NCBI GenBank assembly: GCA_016281165.1
Contig: JAEEIC010000131.1
Location: 1-36,712 of the forward strand
Origin: Bacillota bacterium
GTDB lineage: Bacteria > Bacillota > Clostridia > Peptostreptococcales > Anaerovoracaceae
Reading direction: 5' to 3'
Length of the DNA stretch: 36,712 nucleotides
Position numbers and translations under genes: made by a program. Shown here piece after piece: positions 32,682 through 36,712 of the stretch. Under the pieces are notes generated by a model. It ran no database searches. It was not told the origin of the DNA and saw only the letters and a list, made by a program, of their open reading frames with translations. Position 1 is the first letter of the stretch. The number at the start of each line of letters is the position of its first letter.

Positions 32682-34622
32682 TTAGGGGTTCTTCTTGTCG
32701 TCGTCGACGACCTCAAAGTCGGCGTCGACCACATTGTCGTCATTCTTCTGGCTCTGGCCGGCACCCTTGAACGCGTCGCCGAAATTGAAGTTCTTGAAGG
32801 CGTTGGGATCAAAGCCCTGTCCGCCCATGTTGGGGTTAAAGCCCGCGCCGCCCATATTCGGTCCGCCCTGAGCGCCCTGCTGCTGGGCAGCCTGCTCGTA
32901 GAGCTTGGTGCTTATGACGTGGTACTCCTGGGTGAGAGCCTCGATCTTGGCCTTGATCTCATCGGTGTTGCCGGCCTCCATCGCCTTGGAGAGCTCGTCC
33001 TTGGCGGCGTTGATCTTCGAGACCTCGTCGGGCGAGAGCTTGCCCTCGAGCTCCTTGAGGTTCTTCTCGGTCTCGTAGACCAGAGTCTCAGCCTGGTTGC
33101 GGACCTCTACCCTCTCCTTGTTGGCCTTGTCGGCCTCGGCGTACTGCTCGGCCTCCTTGACCTTCTGCTTGATCTCGTCCTCAGAGAGCTTGGTGGACGA
33201 GGTGATGGTTATGCTCTGCTCCTTGCCGGTGCCCAGATCCTTGGCGCTGACGTTGACTATGCCGTTGGCGTCGATATTGAAGGTGACTTCGATCTGAGGG
33301 ATCCCGCGGGGGGCTGGGGGTATGCCGGAGAGCTGGAAGCGTCCGAGGGTTATATTGTCCGCGGCCATCTGGCGCTCGCCCTGCATCACGTGGATGTCGA
33401 CCGCGCTCTGGTTATCTGCCGCGGTGGAGAAGATCTGGCTCTTCTTGCAGGGTATGGTGGTGTTCCTCTCTATGAGCCTGGTGGCTACGCCGCCCAGAGT
33501 CTCGATGGAAAGAGACAGCGGGGTGACGTCCAGCAGCAGTATATCCTTGACCTCGCCGGTGAGGACGCCCGCCTGGATGGCGGCGCCGATGGCGACGCAC
33601 TCATCGGGGTTGATGCCCTTGAAGGGCTCCTTGCCGGTGACCTTCTTTACAGCCTCCTGAACGGCGGGGATCCTGGTGGAACCGCCGACCAGTATGACCT
33701 TGCTGATGTCGTTGTTGGTGACGTTCGCGTCGGCCATGGCCTTCTTCATCGGTTCGATGGTCCTCTCGACCAGGTGGGCGGTCAGCTGCTCGAACTTGGC
33801 CCTGCTGAGGTCCATATTGAGGTGGAGCGGTCCGCCCGCGTTGACGGTGATGAAGGGCAGGTTCACATTGGTGGTCGTACTGGAGGAGAGCTCCTTCTTG
33901 GCCTTTTCCGCGGCCTCCTTGAGCCTCTGCATGGCCATGTTGTCGTTCCTCAGGTCGACTCCGTTCTCCTTCGCGAACTGCTCGGCCATATAGTTGATGA
34001 GGACGTTGTCGAAGTCGTCGCCGCCGAGCTTGGTGTCGCCGTTGGTGGAGAGCACTTCGAAGACGCCGTCGCCCAGCTCGAGGATGGAGACATCGAAGGT
34101 GCCGCCGCCCAGATCGTAGACGAGTATCTTCTGCGAAGTTTTTTCCTTATCGAGGCCGTAGGCCAGAGCGGCCGCGGTAGGCTCGTTGATTATCCTCTTG
34201 ACGTCGAGACCGGCGATGCGGCCCGCGTCCTTGGTGGCCTGCTTCTGGCTGTCGGAGAAGTAAGCGGGGACGGTGATGACCGCCTCGGTGACCTTCTCGC
34301 CCAGATAGCTCTCGGCGTCGTTCTTGAGCTTGGTCAGGATCATCGCCGAGATGTCCTGCGGGGTGTATTCCTTGCCGTCGATGGACACCTTGTAGGTGCT
34401 GCCCATGTGGCGCTTGATCGAGGAGATGGTCCTCTCCGGATTGGTGATGGCCTGGCGCTTGGCGGTCTCGCCGACCAGCCTCTCGCCGCCCTTGGTGAAG
34501 CCGACGACGGACGGGGTAGTCCTGTTGCCCTCCGCGTTGGCGATGACGGTAGGTTCTCCGCCTTCGAGGACCGCAACGCAGCTGTTGGTGGTCCCCAGAT
34601 CGATACCTATAACTTTACTCAT
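32682..34622 (-). CDS. dnaK: molecular chaperone DnaK (Hsp70)
   Basis: [22 protein letters not shown] and a C-terminal [10 protein letters not shown] tail. I place the start at ATG 34622 (GGAGGG 7 nt upstream) rather than the track start 34643. Confidence 0.97.
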   Translation of the reverse strand: MSKVIGIDLGTTNSCVAVLEGGEPTVIANAEGNRTTPSVVGFTKGGERLVGETAKRQAITNPERTISSIKRHMGSTYKVSIDGKEYTPQDISAMILTKLKNDAESYLGEKVTEAVITVPAYFSDSQKQATKDAGRIAGLDVKRIINEPTAAALAYGLDKEKTSQKILVYDLGGGTFDVSILELGDGVFEVLSTNGDTKLGGDDFDNVLINYMAEQFAKENGVDLRNDNMAMQRLKEAAEKAKKELSSSTTTNVNLPFITVNAGGPLHLNMDLSRAKFEQLTAHLVERTIEPMKKAMADANVTNNDISKVILVGGSTRIPAVQEAVKKVTGKEPFKGINPDECVAIGAAIQAGVLTGEVKDILLLDVTPLSLSIETLGGVATRLIERNTTIPCKKSQIFSTAADNQSAVDIHVMQGERQMAADNITLGRFQLSGIPPAPRGIPQIEVTFNIDANGIVNVSAKDLGTGKEQSITITSSTKLSEDEIKQKVKEAEQYAEADKANKERVEVRNQAETLVYETEKNLKELEGKLSPDEVSKINAAKDELSKAMEAGNTDEIKAKIEALTQEYHVISTKLYEQAAQQQGAQGGPNMGGAGFNPNMGGQGFDPNAFKNFNFGDAFKGAGQSQKNDDNVVDADFEVVDDDKKNP

Positions 34623-34655
34623 TTCAATTCCCTCCTGGGTCAAATTTTAACTTAT

Positions 34656-35243
34656 TTATTGTGTGACGGCTACCATAGCCGGTCTTATGACTTTTTTATT
34701 GAGAGTGTAGCCCTTCTGCAGGACCTGGGCGACAGTGCCGCTCTCGAGCTCTTCGGACGGCACGTTCATCACCGCGTGGTGGCAGTTGGGATCGAAGGGC
34801 TTAGACAGCGCGTCTATCTCTTCCACGTGGTTCTTCTCCATAACATCCCTGAGCTGCCTGAGGATCAGTTCCATGCCTTCCTTGTATTTCGCGTCTTCTG
34901 TCTCGGTCTCCATCGCCCTCTCGAAATTGTCGAGGACTCCGAGCAGCTGCTTCGCGAACTCCTCGTTGGCGTAGGCGTAGATGTCGCTCTTCTCCTTCTC
35001 CGTCCTGCGGCGGTAGTTCTGATACTCGGCCATCAGCCTCAAGCGGCTGTCCTCGAGCTCGCTGTACTTCTGCTGCAGTTCGGCGAGAGGATCCTTTTCC
35101 GCGGGCTCCTCTTCGTTTTTTTCGGCCTCTTCGGAAGTCTCTTCTGGCGCATCCGCCTCATCCTTCCGTTCTTCGGCCTTATCCTCCTCCGGAGCCTCCG
35201 TCTCCTTTACTTCTTCGGTCTCCGGCTTTTTTTCTTCTGTCAT
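34656..35243 (-). CDS. grpE: nucleotide exchange factor GrpE
   Basis: An acidic N-terminus is followed by LRLMAEYQNYRRRTEKE and a C-terminal beta domain (GYTLNKKVIRPAMV). Confidence 0.9.
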   Translation of the reverse strand: MTEEKKPETEEVKETEAPEEDKAEERKDEADAPEETSEEAEKNEEEPAEKDPLAELQQKYSELEDSRLRLMAEYQNYRRRTEKEKSDIYAYANEEFAKQLLGVLDNFERAMETETEDAKYKEGMELILRQLRDVMEKNHVEEIDALSKPFDPNCHHAVMNVPSEELESGTVAQVLQKGYTLNKKVIRPAMVAVTQ

Positions 35244-36274
35244 TCTGTGCTGTCTCCTGTGATCTCAAATGTCTTGCTTATATTATCGGTCATGTATTTT
35301 ATGACCGAGGATATCTCGCTGTAGCGCATCCTCGTGGGCCCGATGACGCCCAGCTTTCCGACCAGCCTGCCGTTGACGCGGTAGTCGGCGGTGATGAGGC
35401 TGCAGTCCTTGAGCTCCGAGTTCTCGTCGCCTATGGTGATGATCAGGCCGTTGTCGCGGTTGACAAGTACGCTGGTGATGTGATCCTTCTGCTGCAGCAG
35501 GTTCAGGAAGTTCCTCGCCTTCTCGACGTCGCTGTACTCGGGCATCGAGAGTATGTTGGTGTAGCCGTCCATGTAGAGGTCTACGTCGAGCATCTTCTCA
35601 AGAGTCTGCATGAAGCTGGGGACCACGGCCCCGGTGAGCCTGTCGAGAGCCGAAAGATCGTTCTTCAAGGTCTCGATGATGTCCATCGTCAGCACGTCGC
35701 TCACGGTCTTGCCCATGAAGTTGTGGGTCATGACGCGGGACATTATGCGCAGGTTCTCTTCGGTATAATGGCAGCCGAGCTTCACGGCCGTGTTGCTTAT
35801 CTGCCCGTCGTCGGAGACTATCATGAGGACGACCGTCCTCTCGTCCACCGGCAGCAGGTTTATGTACTTGAGCCGGCTCTCGCTGCTGCTGGGAGTGATG
35901 GCGAAGGAGACCAGATTGGTGATCTCGGAAAGGAGCCTCGCGGCCTTCTCTATGGTCCTGTCGAGCTCGGCGGCAGTCTCGTTCAGGCTCCTGCTTATCA
36001 TCATCTTGCGCTCGTCGGGGAGCTCCGAAGACCTCATCATCTGGTCGACGTAGAGCCTGTAGGCCTTGTCGGAGGGCACCCTGCCCGCCGAGGTATGGGG
36101 ATGAGTGAGATAACCCATCTCCTCAAGATCGCTCATCTCGTTTCTTATAGTAGCCGGGCTCAGGCCCATATCGTATTTCCTGGAGATGGTCCGGCTTCCG
36201 ACAGGCTCAGCGGAATATATAAAGTCTGCTACGATAGCCTGAAGGATCTGAAGCTTTCGTTCATTTAGTTCCAT
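35240..36274 (-). CDS. hrcA: heat-inducible transcription repressor HrcA
   Basis: ERKLQILQAIVADFIYSAEPVGSRTISRKY is a wHTH segment, at 344 aa. The stop overlaps the grpE start. GGAGGAACAG lies before ATG 36274. Confidence 0.95.
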   Translation of the reverse strand: MELNERKLQILQAIVADFIYSAEPVGSRTISRKYDMGLSPATIRNEMSDLEEMGYLTHPHTSAGRVPSDKAYRLYVDQMMRSSELPDERKMMISRSLNETAAELDRTIEKAARLLSEITNLVSFAITPSSSESRLKYINLLPVDERTVVLMIVSDDGQISNTAVKLGCHYTEENLRIMSRVMTHNFMGKTVSDVLTMDIIETLKNDLSALDRLTGAVVPSFMQTLEKMLDVDLYMDGYTNILSMPEYSDVEKARNFLNLLQQKDHITSVLVNRDNGLIITIGDENSELKDCSLITADYRVNGRLVGKLGVIGPTRMRYSEISSVIKYMTDNISKTFEITGDSTE

Positions 36275-36302
36275 CTGTTCCTCCTGTCTTTCGTTTTTCT
36301 TG

Positions 36303-36329
36303 TTAGCACTCTTTGCTCTGGAGTGCTAA
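36303..36329. promoter_or_regulatory. CIRCE operator (HrcA binding site)
   Basis: A perfect consensus, TTAGCACTC-N9-GAGTGCTAA, lies 29 nt upstream of hrcA. Confidence 0.92.
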
Positions 36330-36340
36330 CAACTATGATT

Positions 36341-36368
36341 AATATACCACAGCCTTTTTCAATGTCAA
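36341..36368 (-). promoter_or_regulatory. candidate sigma-A promoter of the hrcA-grpE-dnaK-dnaJ operon
   Basis: On the minus strand: TTGACA, a 16-nt spacer, then TATATT, immediately upstream of CIRCE. Confidence 0.55.
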
Positions 36369-36423
36369 CCGTTTTATAAAAAGAATATCTTGATGATTTG
36401 GTGAAGACGCTCTGGAAGGCGCA

Positions 36424-36456
36424 TATAAAACGGCACGGCCCCAAGGCCATGCCGTC
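36424..36456 (-). terminator. rho-independent terminator of thrS
   Basis: In minus-strand sense: ACGGCATGGCC-TTGG-GGCCGTGCCGT followed by TTTATATG. Confidence 0.55.
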
Positions 36457-36532
36457 ATTACGCGATATCATGTTTTTGAGCCGGTCCGGCAGCATTCCCG
36501 CCGTCCGCCCGCGGAGCTTTGGGCCCGCGCCC

Positions 36533-36712
36533 TTACAGCGCCTTGTCGGCGATCTCCTTCTTGAGCATGGCGATGAAGTCGTCCTTGCTGATGGGATCCA
36601 TATCGCCCTTCTTGCTCGATCTGGGAGCGAAGACGCCGGTCTCGATCTCCTTGTCGCCGATGACGACGATGTAGGAATCTCTGGCGTTCCTGGCTTCGCG
36701 GATCTTGTATCC
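36533..36712 (-). CDS. thrS: threonine--tRNA ligase, C-terminal 59 codons (5' part lies beyond the right edge of the window)
   Basis: My translation gives GYKIREARNARDSYIVVIGDKEIETGVFAPRSSKKGDMDPISKDDFIAMLKKEIADKAL*. This matches the ThrRS anticodon-binding tail pattern (KIREA...VVGDKE...V..R). Confidence 0.7.
   Translation of the reverse strand, partial: GYKIREARNARDSYIVVIGDKEIETGVFAPRSSKKGDMDPISKDDFIAMLKKEIADKAL

Noticed and set aside
36265-36495. A 76-aa minus-strand ORF upstream of hrcA.
   Set aside because: It runs through the thrS terminator, the hrcA promoter and the CIRCE element, and it overlaps the hrcA start. This is a regulatory region, not a gene.

Overview
This is a chromosomal segment of about 58-60% GC. 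It looks like a Firmicutes/Clostridia genome, judged from the IspH-S1 fusion, the CIRCE-controlled hrcA-grpE-dnaK-dnaJ operon and the rpsU-phoH-ybeY-era-recO-glyQS gene order. Nearly all real genes are on the minus strand. The many long plus-strand ORFs are antisense shadows of GC3-rich genes.

Reading the minus strand from right to left, the window holds:
- thrS (3' end), then hrcA-grpE-dnaK-dnaJ.
- An accessory block: marR, two uncharacterised membrane proteins, an M19 dipeptidase, buk and an AbgB-like M20 hydrolase.
- mtaB, a HIT-family gene and a second AbgB-like gene.
- rpsU-phoH-ybeY-era-recO, a DUF4342-like gene, glyQS and proC.
- A nine-gene Tad/Flp-type pilus operon at 7.66-15.0 kb.
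- A cysteine-desulfidase-family gene, a small zinc-ribbon gene, ispH-S1, a GH18 hydrolase, rmuC and a truncated metallophosphoesterase.

I found no tRNA or rRNA genes, CRISPR arrays, transposases or integrases.

The most unusual content is the Gram-positive Tad-like locus:
- Its 58-aa Flp pilin gene falls below the ORF-track size cutoff.
- One pseudopilin-like protein carries two tandem H-x3-C...C-x2-C zinc-ribbon-like motifs.
- The TadC homologue has an insertion of about 190 aa predicted to lie outside the membrane.
- Two further accessory proteins have no assigned function.
- No prepilin peptidase is present in the window.

Two other items deserve a second look:
- A DUF4342-like protein ends in a tandem repeat with five Cys-Cys-Cys triplets.
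- A MarR-linked pair of about 7-TM membrane proteins sits beside peptidases and may be a split transporter.

All family assignments come from motif recognition by eye. No database search was run.
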